Source of the DNA: Thermoanaerobaculia bacterium
Lineage (GTDB): Bacteria > Acidobacteriota > Thermoanaerobaculia > Multivoradales > Multivoraceae
Assembly: GCA_963666565.1 (NCBI GenBank)
Contig: OY762911.1
Span: forward strand, 4,224,001-4,288,000
Reading direction: 5' to 3'
Length of the DNA stretch: 64,000 bases
Position 1 is the stretch's first letter. Every line of letters starts with the position of its first letter. Positions 53,192 to 61,001 of the stretch are shown one piece after another. A program made the translations under genes and the position numbers. The notes beneath the pieces are model-generated. The model did not search any database. It was not told where the DNA came from and was given only the letters and a program-made list of their open reading frames with translations.

Positions 53192-54646
53192 CTACCGCTC
53201 GCCCAGCGCGTCGTACGCGGCCTGGTGCCGCGCCGCCTCTTCCTGGCGGCCCAACACCCGGTAACAGACCCACAGTCGGTAGTGGGCCAGCCGCCGCTGC
53301 GGATCGAGTTCGACGGTCCGCAGGAGCCGCGGAATCGCCTCTTCCCAGCGCTCGAGCTCCGTCAGCGCCAGGCCGCTGAAGAAGAAGTTGTCCGCCCGCC
53401 GGTCGTTCAGTTCGGCCGCCCGGTCGAGCGCCTCGACCGCCTCCTCCCAGCGCTCGGCCCGGTAGGCCGCGAAGCCGAGGTTGTGCCAAACCGCCTCGAA
53501 GTGCCCGAGCTCGACCGACGCCCGCCTCAGGAGTTCGATCGCCCGGTCGAAGTTCCCGGCGCTCAACTGGTTGGCGCCCTCGTTCAGGAGCGACTGGGGG
53601 TCGGTGACGTACCGCCACCGGTTCGCCGCCGCCCGTTCGTGCGCGGCCCGCTCCTCCGCCGTGCCGTACAGATGGACCAACGCTCCCTGCGCCTCGACCC
53701 TGGCCCAGCTCGTCGCCGGGGCGTGCTTCTCCGCCAGCCGGAACAGGGACTCCGCGTCCGCGAATCGGCCCGAATCCCGGAGGTTCCAGGCCGCCGCCAG
53801 CACGTCGGCCGCGTAGTCGCTGAGCGCCAGGCCGTCGTTCGGGTCGATCTCCCCGGCGAGGAGTTCGAGTTGCCGGTTCGCTTCATCCACCCGACCGGCA
53901 CGCGCCAGGGCCCGCGCGTAGAGCGAGCGGATCTCGGCGCCGCCGCCCTCCGCCATCTCGCCCAGCAGGTCGGCGACCGCGTCCCAGCGTTGCTGGAGAA
54001 TGAACAGGCGCAGCAGCGCCCAGGCGATCTCCTCGCTCGCCGGCTCCAGGTCTCGCAGTTCGACCAGCGCCTCGGTCGCGTCGGCCGGCCGCCCCAGCCG
54101 CTGGTCGAGCAGCGCCTTCAGGCGCAGCAACCGCGCCCGGTCCTTGCCGCCGGCCGCCGGTCGTCGCGATCGATCCTCGCCACTATCCGCCAGCCGCCGC
54201 GCCCGCTCCTCGCCGCCGTCCGCGAGCCGCCGTTCGACGAGGCCGAAGGCGGCGCGCAGCACCTCTTCGTCCGCCTCCTCGCTGCGAGCGATGAACTCCA
54301 GCACCCCCGCCGGCGGCGCGGACGCCGGATCGTCGATGGCGGCGAGCAGCTCCCGGCGGACCTGCTGCGTCTCCTCCTCGGGCAGCGCGTTCCGCCGGTC
54401 CGCCCGGAGCAGTCCGACGAGCGCCGCCGTGGGCTCGTTGCACTCTTTCCGGGCCTGCCTGAGCCACCCGACCTCGGAGTCGGCGCGCGACTCAAGTTCC
54501 GCTATGCGCGCCCGTCGCATCAGGCGCAGGCACTCCAGGTCCGGGAGTTTGCCGCCAGTCGCCGCCGTTTGCCCGAAGGCCGGCAAGGGCGCGACCGGCG
54601 CCAGAAGCGCCGCGAGCAGGCAGCCCAGGAGAGTTCGCAAGCGCAA
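53192..54646 (-). CDS. Secreted tetratricopeptide repeat protein
   Basis: Signal peptide LRTLLGCLLAALLAPVAPLPAFG; TPR motifs (VWHNLGFAAYRAERWEEAVEAL, LDPQRRLAHYRL). Start is uncertain (TTG 54646, ATG 54769 or CTG 54838). Confidence 0.8.
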   Translation of the reverse strand: MRLRTLLGCLLAALLAPVAPLPAFGQTAATGGKLPDLECLRLMRRARIAELESRADSEVGWLRQARKECNEPTAALVGLLRADRRNALPEEETQQVRRELLAAIDDPASAPPAGVLEFIARSEEADEEVLRAAFGLVERRLADGGEERARRLADSGEDRSRRPAAGGKDRARLLRLKALLDQRLGRPADATEALVELRDLEPASEEIAWALLRLFILQQRWDAVADLLGEMAEGGGAEIRSLYARALARAGRVDEANRQLELLAGEIDPNDGLALSDYAADVLAAAWNLRDSGRFADAESLFRLAEKHAPATSWARVEAQGALVHLYGTAEERAAHERAAANRWRYVTDPQSLLNEGANQLSAGNFDRAIELLRRASVELGHFEAVWHNLGFAAYRAERWEEAVEALDRAAELNDRRADNFFFSGLALTELERWEEAIPRLLRTVELDPQRRLAHYRLWVCYRVLGRQEEAARHQAAYDALGER

Positions 54647-54650
54647 GGCC

Positions 54651-54752
54651 GCGCTGTGGCGCAGGGAACGAGTCCGCCTGCCGGGTGCGCGGGTCTTCTG
54701 ACCCGCTGCCGCCGGAGGCGGCGCGGAAACGCGCCGGCCGGAAGCCGGTTCA
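54651..54752 (+). repeat. Extended REP element (left arm of the pair flanking malY)
   Basis: GCGCTGTGGCGCAGGGAAC...GCCTGCCGGGTGCGCGGGTCTTCTGACCCGC plus two hairpins. Confidence 0.8.
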
Positions 54753-54834
54753 GCCCTGGGCAGCCACATCAACGCATGCCAAGCCGGCGGACCGGCTTGA
54801 CGACGCTCCGGCTTCACCTGCGCCGCCCGCGTGC

Positions 54835-56046
54835 TCAGGCGCTCTCCACCGCGGCCGCCATCCGCTCCAGGATCTCCTCGAGAATGGCCCGCGAGGTGGC
54901 GAAGTTGAGCCGCGTGCAGCGCTCGAATCCGAGCGGCGAGCCCGGCGGGCCGAACTCCGCGCCGTCGTTGAGCGCCACCCTCGCGTGCTTCAGGAAGAAG
55001 CGGGACGCCGGCATCGGCAGATCGAGCCCGCGGCAGTCGAGCCAGTAGAGGTAGGTCGCCTCTTGCGGACCGTGGACGATCCCCGGCAGGCGCCGATCGA
55101 GGAAGTCCGTCAGGAAGGCGCGGTTCGCGTCCAGGTAGGCGACGGTCTCTTCCAGCCAGGGTCCGCCGTCGCGCCAGGCCGCCCGCGCCGCCTCCACGCC
55201 CAGGATGCCGGCGTGGGCGAGGACGAAGTGCGGCAGTTCGTCGAATCGCTTCCTGAGCTTCTCGCTGCCGAACACGAGCAGGGCGAGTTCGAGCCCGGCA
55301 AGGTTGAACGACTTGGTTGCCGACGTGATCGTGACCGTCCGCTCCCTCACTTCGGGGCCGAGGGTCTCGAACACCGTGTGTTCGTGCCCGGGGAACACGA
55401 GTTCGTTGTGGATCTCGTCGGCGAGGACGATCAGGTCGTGCTCGATCGCCAGTTCGGCCACCGCTTCCAACTCGCTCCGCGTCCAGACGCGGCCGCTGGG
55501 GTTGTGCGGGTTGCAGAGCATGAAGACGCGGGTGTCCTCGTCGATCGTCGCCCGCAACCGGTCGAGGTCCATCTCGAAGCGCCCGTGCCTGGAACCGGAT
55601 TGAGGCCCCCGCCGGAGCGGCGATTTCACGAGTCGCCGGCCCGTGCCCGAAACCGCCTCGAGAAACGGCGGATAGATCGGCGTCTGGATGACGACCCCCT
55701 CGCCCTTCCCTGCGCCCAGCATGACGGCGAGATCGAGTCCCTGGAGCGCATTGACCAGGAAGCGGATCCGCTCCGGTTCCACCGTCCAGCCGAGCTGTTC
55801 CTCCATCCGCCGGCCGAAGATCTCCGGCAGGTCGCCGATCTCCGGCGGCTCGCAGTAGCCGAGGTCCGAGCGGTCGACGAGGTCGCGCACCACGCGCCGG
55901 ATCGGCTCGGCTATCGGAAAGTCCATGTCCGCCACCCACGCCGGGATGACGCCGCCGCCCTTCGCCGTGTAGCGACTCCACTTGAACCCCGTGCGGGCCT
56001 CGAGGTCGGCGAGCCGGAGGCTGTCGAACTCCTCTCTCAGGGACAC
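54835..56046 (-). CDS. patB: MalY/PatB family PLP-dependent C-S lyase/aminotransferase
   Basis: KW, WVADMDF, LCNPHNP.GR, DEIH, SATKSFNLAGL, EATYL.WLD, RLNFAT. Confidence 0.92.
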   Translation of the reverse strand: MSLREEFDSLRLADLEARTGFKWSRYTAKGGGVIPAWVADMDFPIAEPIRRVVRDLVDRSDLGYCEPPEIGDLPEIFGRRMEEQLGWTVEPERIRFLVNALQGLDLAVMLGAGKGEGVVIQTPIYPPFLEAVSGTGRRLVKSPLRRGPQSGSRHGRFEMDLDRLRATIDEDTRVFMLCNPHNPSGRVWTRSELEAVAELAIEHDLIVLADEIHNELVFPGHEHTVFETLGPEVRERTVTITSATKSFNLAGLELALLVFGSEKLRKRFDELPHFVLAHAGILGVEAARAAWRDGGPWLEETVAYLDANRAFLTDFLDRRLPGIVHGPQEATYLYWLDCRGLDLPMPASRFFLKHARVALNDGAEFGPPGSPLGFERCTRLNFATSRAILEEILERMAAAVESA

Positions 56047-56064
56047 GGCGGCAAGCTATCAAGC

Positions 56065-56242
56065 GGAGCCGGCCTCCGGCCGGCGCGTCTCCTCGGTGGC
56101 GCGCTCGATGTCGTTGCCGGCCGCCGCAGTCGCAGCCGATGGACCGCCCGCTGAGCCGGCGGCGTTCTCTCCGGCCGCCTTCGGCGGCGGCGGGTCAGAA
56201 GACCCGCGCACCCGGCAGGCCCGGTTCCCTGCGCGACAGCGC
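56065..56242 (-). repeat. Extended REP element (right arm, inverted)
   Basis: Reverse complement reads GCGCTGTCGCGCAGGGAAC...GCCTGCCGGGTGCGCGGGTCTTCTGACCCGC...GACGCGCCGGCCGGAGGCCGGC. Confidence 0.8.
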
Positions 56243-56279
56243 AATCTTGCGGCGGCAAACGTTGCTAGGGTGCGGCCCC

Positions 56280-57296
56280 ATGGCACTCAAACTCGGACTG
56301 CAACTCGGTTACTGGGGCGCGGGACCGCGTCCCGGCTTCCTCGACACGGCCATCGAGGCGGAAGCGCTCGGCTACGACTGCGTCTTCACCGCCGAGGCAT
56401 GGGGCTCGGACGTTTTCACGCCGCTGGCCTGGATCGGCGCGCACACGTCGAAGATCCGGCTCGGCACCGGCATCGCCCAGATCTCGGCTCGCACGCCGGC
56501 CGCAACGGCGATGCACGCGATGACCCTCGACCACCTGTCGAAGGGCCGCGTCATCCTCGGTCTCGGCGTCTCCGGTCCCCAGGTCGTCGAGGGCTGGTAC
56601 GGCCAGCCCTTCGCCAAGCCGCTGTCACGCACCCGCTCCTACGTCGAGATCATCCAGAAGATTCTCGCGCGCGAAGAACCCGTGACCCAGCACGGCGAGC
56701 ACTACCCGCTCCCCTTCACCGGGGAAGGCTCGTGGGGACTGGGCAAGCCGCTCCGCTCGATCGTCCACCCGTTGCGTTCCGACCTGCCCATCTTCCTCGG
56801 CGCCGAAGGGCCGAAGAACGTGGCCCTGGCCGCCGAGCTGTGCAGCGGCTGGCTGCCGCTCTACTACTCGCCCTACCGGCCCGAGGTCTACGCCGACTCG
56901 CTCGCGGGCCGCGGCGACGGCTTCGAGATCGCCTACGGCGCCCGCCTCCGCGTCCACGGCGACGTGTCCGAGGCCCTTCTGCCGATCAAGCAGTCCCTGG
57001 CTCTCTACGTCGGCGGCATGGGCGCGAAGAACCGGAACTTCCACCGCGAACTGATGGCCCGCATGGGCTGGGAGGAAGAGTCGCTCCGCATCCAGGAGCT
57101 CTTCATGACCGGCAAGCGGGAGGAAGCCGTCGCCGCCGTCCCGGACGACTTCGCCGACGAGATCTCCCTCGTTGGGCCGCCGGAGCGGATCAGGGATCGC
57201 CTCCAGGCCTTCGAGGACAGCGACGTGACGACGCTGCTCGTGGGCGCTGCCAGCAAGGACGAGTTGCGGCAGGCCGCGGAGATCGTGCTCGGCTAG
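56280..57296 (+). CDS. LLM class F420-dependent oxidoreductase
   Basis: AEAWGSD, ARTP...AM.A.TLDHLS.GR.ILGLG.SGPQVVEGWYG, GAEGPKNV, LYVGGMGA...NFH. Confidence 0.9.
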   Translation: MALKLGLQLGYWGAGPRPGFLDTAIEAEALGYDCVFTAEAWGSDVFTPLAWIGAHTSKIRLGTGIAQISARTPAATAMHAMTLDHLSKGRVILGLGVSGPQVVEGWYGQPFAKPLSRTRSYVEIIQKILAREEPVTQHGEHYPLPFTGEGSWGLGKPLRSIVHPLRSDLPIFLGAEGPKNVALAAELCSGWLPLYYSPYRPEVYADSLAGRGDGFEIAYGARLRVHGDVSEALLPIKQSLALYVGGMGAKNRNFHRELMARMGWEEESLRIQELFMTGKREEAVAAVPDDFADEISLVGPPERIRDRLQAFEDSDVTTLLVGAASKDELRQAAEIVLG

Positions 57297-57325
57297 TCCA
57301 GCCGCGGCCGAGCGGCAGCAGCCTT

Positions 57326-57354
57326 CCGCTGGGTGCGCGGGTCTTCTGACCCGC
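57326..57354 (+). repeat. REP element
   Basis: CCGCTGGGTGCGCGGGTCTTCTGACCCGC. Confidence 0.85.
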
Positions 57355-57439
57355 CCTCGGGTCGTGCCGCGAAGCGGTTCTGCCCGGGGCTCGGCACCAT
57401 TGGCAGCATCAATTCGCCAAGACTAGGTAACTTGTTGCC

Positions 57440-58075
57440 ATGAGATTCGAGGAACTCGTCGCCGCGGTCGCCGACGAGCCCGTCTTCGAAACCGGGCTTC
57501 TGCTGGCCGGACCCGCCGACCCCGGCAACGTCAGGCGGCAACTGTCGCGCTGGGTCCGCGGCGGCAGAGTGTTGCAGATGCGGCGCGGACTGTACGCACT
57601 GGCGCCGCCCTGGCGGCGCCGCGTTCCGCATCCGTTCCTCCTCGCCAACCGGCTCGCGCAGGGCGCCTACGTCAGCGGGCCGGCGGCGTTGGCCTTCTTC
57701 CACGCGATTCCCGAGTACGTCCCGGAAGTGACCAGCGTGACGCCAAGCCGACCGCATGTCCGGCAGACGCCCTCGGGCCGCTTCTCTTTCCGCCGCCTCA
57801 AGGCGGACCGCCTGTTCGGCTACCGGCTGATCGATCTCGGCGACGATCAGCAGGCGTTCGTGGCGACTCCGGAGAAGGCGCTGCTCGATTCCGTCTACCT
57901 GCAACCCGGCGGCGACGACCGGGACTACCTGCGGGAGCTCCGACTCGACTTCGACACCCTGAACCTGGACGCACTCGATGAGACGGCGGCGCGCTTCGCG
58001 GCACCGAAGACGACTCGAGCGGCCCGCCGGGTCCGTGAACTCGCGGCCGAAGCGCCAACATACGAGCTTCCGTGA
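57440..58075 (+). CDS. Type IV TA antitoxin, AbiEi family
   Basis: QLSRW...G......RGLY, YVS...AL.F...IPE, ATPEKALLD..YL. Confidence 0.85.
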   Translation: MRFEELVAAVADEPVFETGLLLAGPADPGNVRRQLSRWVRGGRVLQMRRGLYALAPPWRRRVPHPFLLANRLAQGAYVSGPAALAFFHAIPEYVPEVTSVTPSRPHVRQTPSGRFSFRRLKADRLFGYRLIDLGDDQQAFVATPEKALLDSVYLQPGGDDRDYLRELRLDFDTLNLDALDETAARFAAPKTTRAARRVRELAAEAPTYELP

Positions 58076-58429
58076 AAGACCACCTCAAGAGCCTGATCCA
58101 GGGGCGCGACCCCCTCCAGGCACGCAACGTGGTCAGGGAGTACTTGCAAGCGCGCGTTCTCCGGTCCATGCAGGGCGCCGGCGCCATGACCGCGTTGGCG
58201 TTCCAGGGCGGCACCTGCCTGCGATTCCTCTACTCGCTTCCCCGACGGACGGCCTCAAGGTACTTCGTCGGATCGTACGCCTCGCGGTTGCCCTCAAGCG
58301 CGAGCGCTGGAAGACGTCCGGCCCTTCCTGGAAGAACAGGACGACGTCGACCTCGTTACACGCAAGAACGCGCTCCGTCTTCTCGACGAACGGAGCCGGG
58401 CGGACCGAGACCGGCCGAGCAGGGCGTGA
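58072..58429 (+). pseudogene. AbiEii nucleotidyltransferase toxin, internally deleted and frameshifted
   Basis: N-terminus REYLQARVL...LAFQGGTCLRFLYSLPR breaks off before the expected S-E-D-L-D motif. A C-terminus-like ALEDVRPFLEEQDDVDLVTRKNALRLL lies in another frame ending at TGA 58429. Confidence 0.75.
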
Positions 58430-58505
58430 ACGAATCCCTGTCCCAGCGGGGCCCGCGCCAAGCGACGGCGCACCAGCTCGAAGCCGGCGCCGCACGAGGC
58501 CGCGG

Positions 58506-58910
58506 CTATGCCCGTGCCAGGCGGCGGCCGTTGCCGCTGCGCGGGCGGCCGCGGCGGCCGACGCCGGAGGTGCGGCTGAGCGGTACCCGGCGGCGGCGGA
58601 GGTGGGCCTGCCGCTTGACGCGGCGGCGGGCGGTCGCGAAGGACTGGTTGATGGCGACCGGAATGGAGGCGGCGGTCGAGCGGTGGACCACCACGTCCGG
58701 GCCGGGCAGCGCGACCTTGACGACGACGTCGAAAGCCAAGCCGCCCCGGTGATGCCGGCCGGGACCGGCCACGGTCACTTCGCAGTCCACGATCCGCGAG
58801 TTGAAGCGCTTCAGGGCCGCCGCCTCGAACTCGATCGACCGCTTCAGGTCGTCGTTCAGTTGGACGTTCCGGGTGCGGATCCTGATCGGGAAGCTCGGAC
58901 TGGTTCTCAA
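58506..58910 (-). CDS. HPF/RaiA family ribosome-associated protein
   Basis: I.I.TRNV......I.....L.RF..RI.DC.V.V....HH..G..F.V...V.LPG....V...AINQSF....R. TTG start with GGAGG SD. Confidence 0.75.
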   Translation of the reverse strand: MRTSPSFPIRIRTRNVQLNDDLKRSIEFEAAALKRFNSRIVDCEVTVAGPGRHHRGGLAFDVVVKVALPGPDVVVHRSTAASIPVAINQSFATARRRVKRQAHLRRRRVPLSRTSGVGRRGRPRSGNGRRLARA

Positions 58911-58984
58911 CGCTGGTGCCCCTCCGCGGTTGACGCCGACATCGTACAACGCGGGTCGCGGAACGGGCCTAACGGCCGGTTTCT

Positions 58985-59027
58985 GGCCGCCTCCGGCGGC
59001 AGCGGGTCAGAGGACCCGCGCACCCAG
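58985..59027 (-). repeat. REP element with second hairpin
   Basis: Reverse complement CTGGGTGCGCGGGTCCTCTGACCCGCTGCCGCCGGAGGCGGCC. Confidence 0.85.
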
Positions 59028-59112
59028 CCGGAACTGCAGGGCGGTTCACACCGGGTGCGCCGGCGTCCCCGCCGGCGTCCGAACAGAACGCGTCGCGGAG
59101 CGGCGACCCGCC

Positions 59113-60135
59113 CTACCCGTCCATCGCCGTGCCGACGGTGCCTCGCAGATAGACGTCGATCAGCCGCGGCAGGGCGTTCAGGTCGTAGCCGCCTTCCAGC
59201 ACCGACACGAGCCGTCCCTCGCAGATCTCTTCCGCCAGTTCGGCGAGCCCGACGCCGAAGCGGTGGAAGGCCCGCTCGGTCAGCTTCATGTCGGCGAGCG
59301 GGTCGTTCCGCCAGGCGTCGAATCCGGCCGACACGAGCAGCACGTCCGGGTCGAACGACCGCACTGCCGGCAGCAGCAGCTCGTCCATCGCCTCGCGGTA
59401 GGCCTCGTCGCCGCTGCCCGCCGGCAGCGGGGCGTTGAACGTCGTTCCCTCGCCCTCGCCAACGCCCCGCTCGTCGGCGGCGCCCGTGCCGGGCCAGAAC
59501 GGGAACTGGTGAACGCTGAGGAAGGCGACGTCGGCCCGGTCGTCGAACAGGTGCTGGGTGCCGTTGCCGTGGTGGACGTCGAAGTCGAGGACCGCCACCC
59601 GCTCGACGCCGTGCACGTCGATCAGGCCCTGCGCCAGGATCGCGACCTGGTTCAGGTAGCAGAAGCCCATCGCACGGTCGCGCTCGCAGTGGTGCCCGGG
59701 CGGCCGGGCGACGCTCATCGCCCGGTGGCCGGCGCCCAGCATCGCGTGGTCGCCGGCCGCCAACGCGGCCTCGACCGCGGCCCAGGCGGCGTCCGCCGTC
59801 CCCGGCGACAGCGGGTTGTCGTCCGTGTCGAGCATCGGCGTCGGGGAGCTCGGGAAGCTCCCCTCAGCCGCCGACGCCGCCACCGAGGCAACGGCGGCCT
59901 CCATCCGCTCGATGTACTCCTGGTCGTGTACCAGCGCGGCGAGCCGGCGCGCCTGCCCGGCCATGCCCCGAACGGTCTCGTCGGCCGCGGCCGCCCCGGC
60001 TTCCACGAGGTCCCAACCCCGCTCTTCGAGGTAGGGCAGAGCGAGCCGCAAGCGCTCCGGCCGTTCGGGAAAGCCCCTCGGCACCGCATGCTCGTCGCAG
60101 CGCGAGTCCCAGAAAACGCTCATTGGTGAGTTCAT
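59113..60135 (-). CDS. Histone deacetylase family protein
   Basis: PERPERL, RPPGHH...AMGFC..N, DFDVHHGNGTQ, HQFPFWPGTG, SAGFDA...DPL, LEGGY. Confidence 0.93.
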   Translation of the reverse strand: MNSPMSVFWDSRCDEHAVPRGFPERPERLRLALPYLEERGWDLVEAGAAAADETVRGMAGQARRLAALVHDQEYIERMEAAVASVAASAAEGSFPSSPTPMLDTDDNPLSPGTADAAWAAVEAALAAGDHAMLGAGHRAMSVARPPGHHCERDRAMGFCYLNQVAILAQGLIDVHGVERVAVLDFDVHHGNGTQHLFDDRADVAFLSVHQFPFWPGTGAADERGVGEGEGTTFNAPLPAGSGDEAYREAMDELLLPAVRSFDPDVLLVSAGFDAWRNDPLADMKLTERAFHRFGVGLAELAEEICEGRLVSVLEGGYDLNALPRLIDVYLRGTVGTAMDG

Positions 60136-60216
60136 CGGCCTCCCCACCGACCTTGCGGACCGAAGTCCGCCTCTGCCCACGATCCTGGTGGCGATCCGCG
60201 GTCAGGATCGAATAGT

Positions 60217-60238
60217 GTACATGTTCATGAACATGAAC
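60217..60238. promoter_or_regulatory. Palindromic operator of the TA module
   Basis: Perfect 16-bp palindrome CATGTTCATGAACATG (60220-60235) over the antitoxin start, next to a TAGTGT -10 box. Confidence 0.65.
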
Positions 60239-60529
60239 CGTCCACTCGTCACGGAACAGTACTCCATCGCCGACGCCCGCCGGAACCTCCCCGGCCTGAT
60301 CCGAAGCGCACAGCACGGAACTGCCGTCGAACTCACGCGCCGCGGCAAACCCGTCGCGGTCCTGATCGGACGGCGGGAGTTCGATCGACTGACCTCGGGC
60401 CGGCGCTCCTTCAGCGAGGCATGGAGCGCCTTCGCGGAGAGCGTGGACCTTGCCGACCTGGCCCTCGACCCCGACGAGTTGCTGGAGGGCGTCCGCGACA
60501 ACAGTCCCGGACGCGACGTCCGCCTGTGA
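60227..60529 (+). CDS. Phd/YefM family antitoxin
   Basis: YSIADARRNLP.LI..A..G..VELTRRGKPVAVL. Start is one of three close ATGs (60221, 60227, 60233). Confidence 0.88.
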   Translation: MNMNRPLVTEQYSIADARRNLPGLIRSAQHGTAVELTRRGKPVAVLIGRREFDRLTSGRRSFSEAWSAFAESVDLADLALDPDELLEGVRDNSPGRDVRL

Positions 60530-60951
60530 GCGCCGCCAGATTCCTGCTCGATACGAACACGGTGTCGGAACCGCTTCGCCCGAGGCCCAACCCGAACGCC
60601 GTCGAGCGGCTGCGCCAGCACGAGGCGGAGGTCGCCATCCCGGCGCCCGTCTGGCACGAGCTCCGGTTCGGTTGCTCCCGGCTCCCGCCGTCGCGGCGCC
60701 GGGACGCCTTCGAGCGCTACCTGGAGGAGATCGTGCTCCTCAGCTTCCCGGTGTTGAACTACGGCAGGAGAGCGGCGGACTGGCACGCTCGCGAACGAGC
60801 CCGGCTGGCCGCCTCTGGCCGAACGCCGCCCTTCGTGGATGGCCAGATCGCGGCCATCGCGCACGTCCGGGGCCTGGTGCTGGTGACCTCGAACATCAGG
60901 GACTTCCGGGCGTTCGAGGGTCTTGAGATGGAAGACTGGCTGGCAGAATGA
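60526..60951 (+). CDS. vapC: VapC family PIN toxin
   Basis: FLLDTN.VSE..RP.PN, EL.FG, DGQIAAIA....L.LVT.N..DF..F.GL..EDW. GTGA overlap. Confidence 0.92.
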   Translation: MSAARFLLDTNTVSEPLRPRPNPNAVERLRQHEAEVAIPAPVWHELRFGCSRLPPSRRRDAFERYLEEIVLLSFPVLNYGRRAADWHARERARLAASGRTPPFVDGQIAAIAHVRGLVLVTSNIRDFRAFEGLEMEDWLAE

Positions 60952-61001
60952 ACCGGCCGCCGGATTCCCCGCAGGCGGCCATTGGAGCGAGCCAATCATG
61001 A
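60948..61001 (+). other. 17-codon relay mini-ORF (MNRPPDSPQAAIGASQS)
   Basis: ATGA overlap with the vapC stop and with ATG 60998. Confidence 0.4.

Noticed and set aside
58072-58752. 226-aa ORF as an intact AbiEii toxin
   Set aside because: Only the first ~58 codons are AbiEii-like; the rest is out-of-frame read-through overlapping the HPF-like gene.
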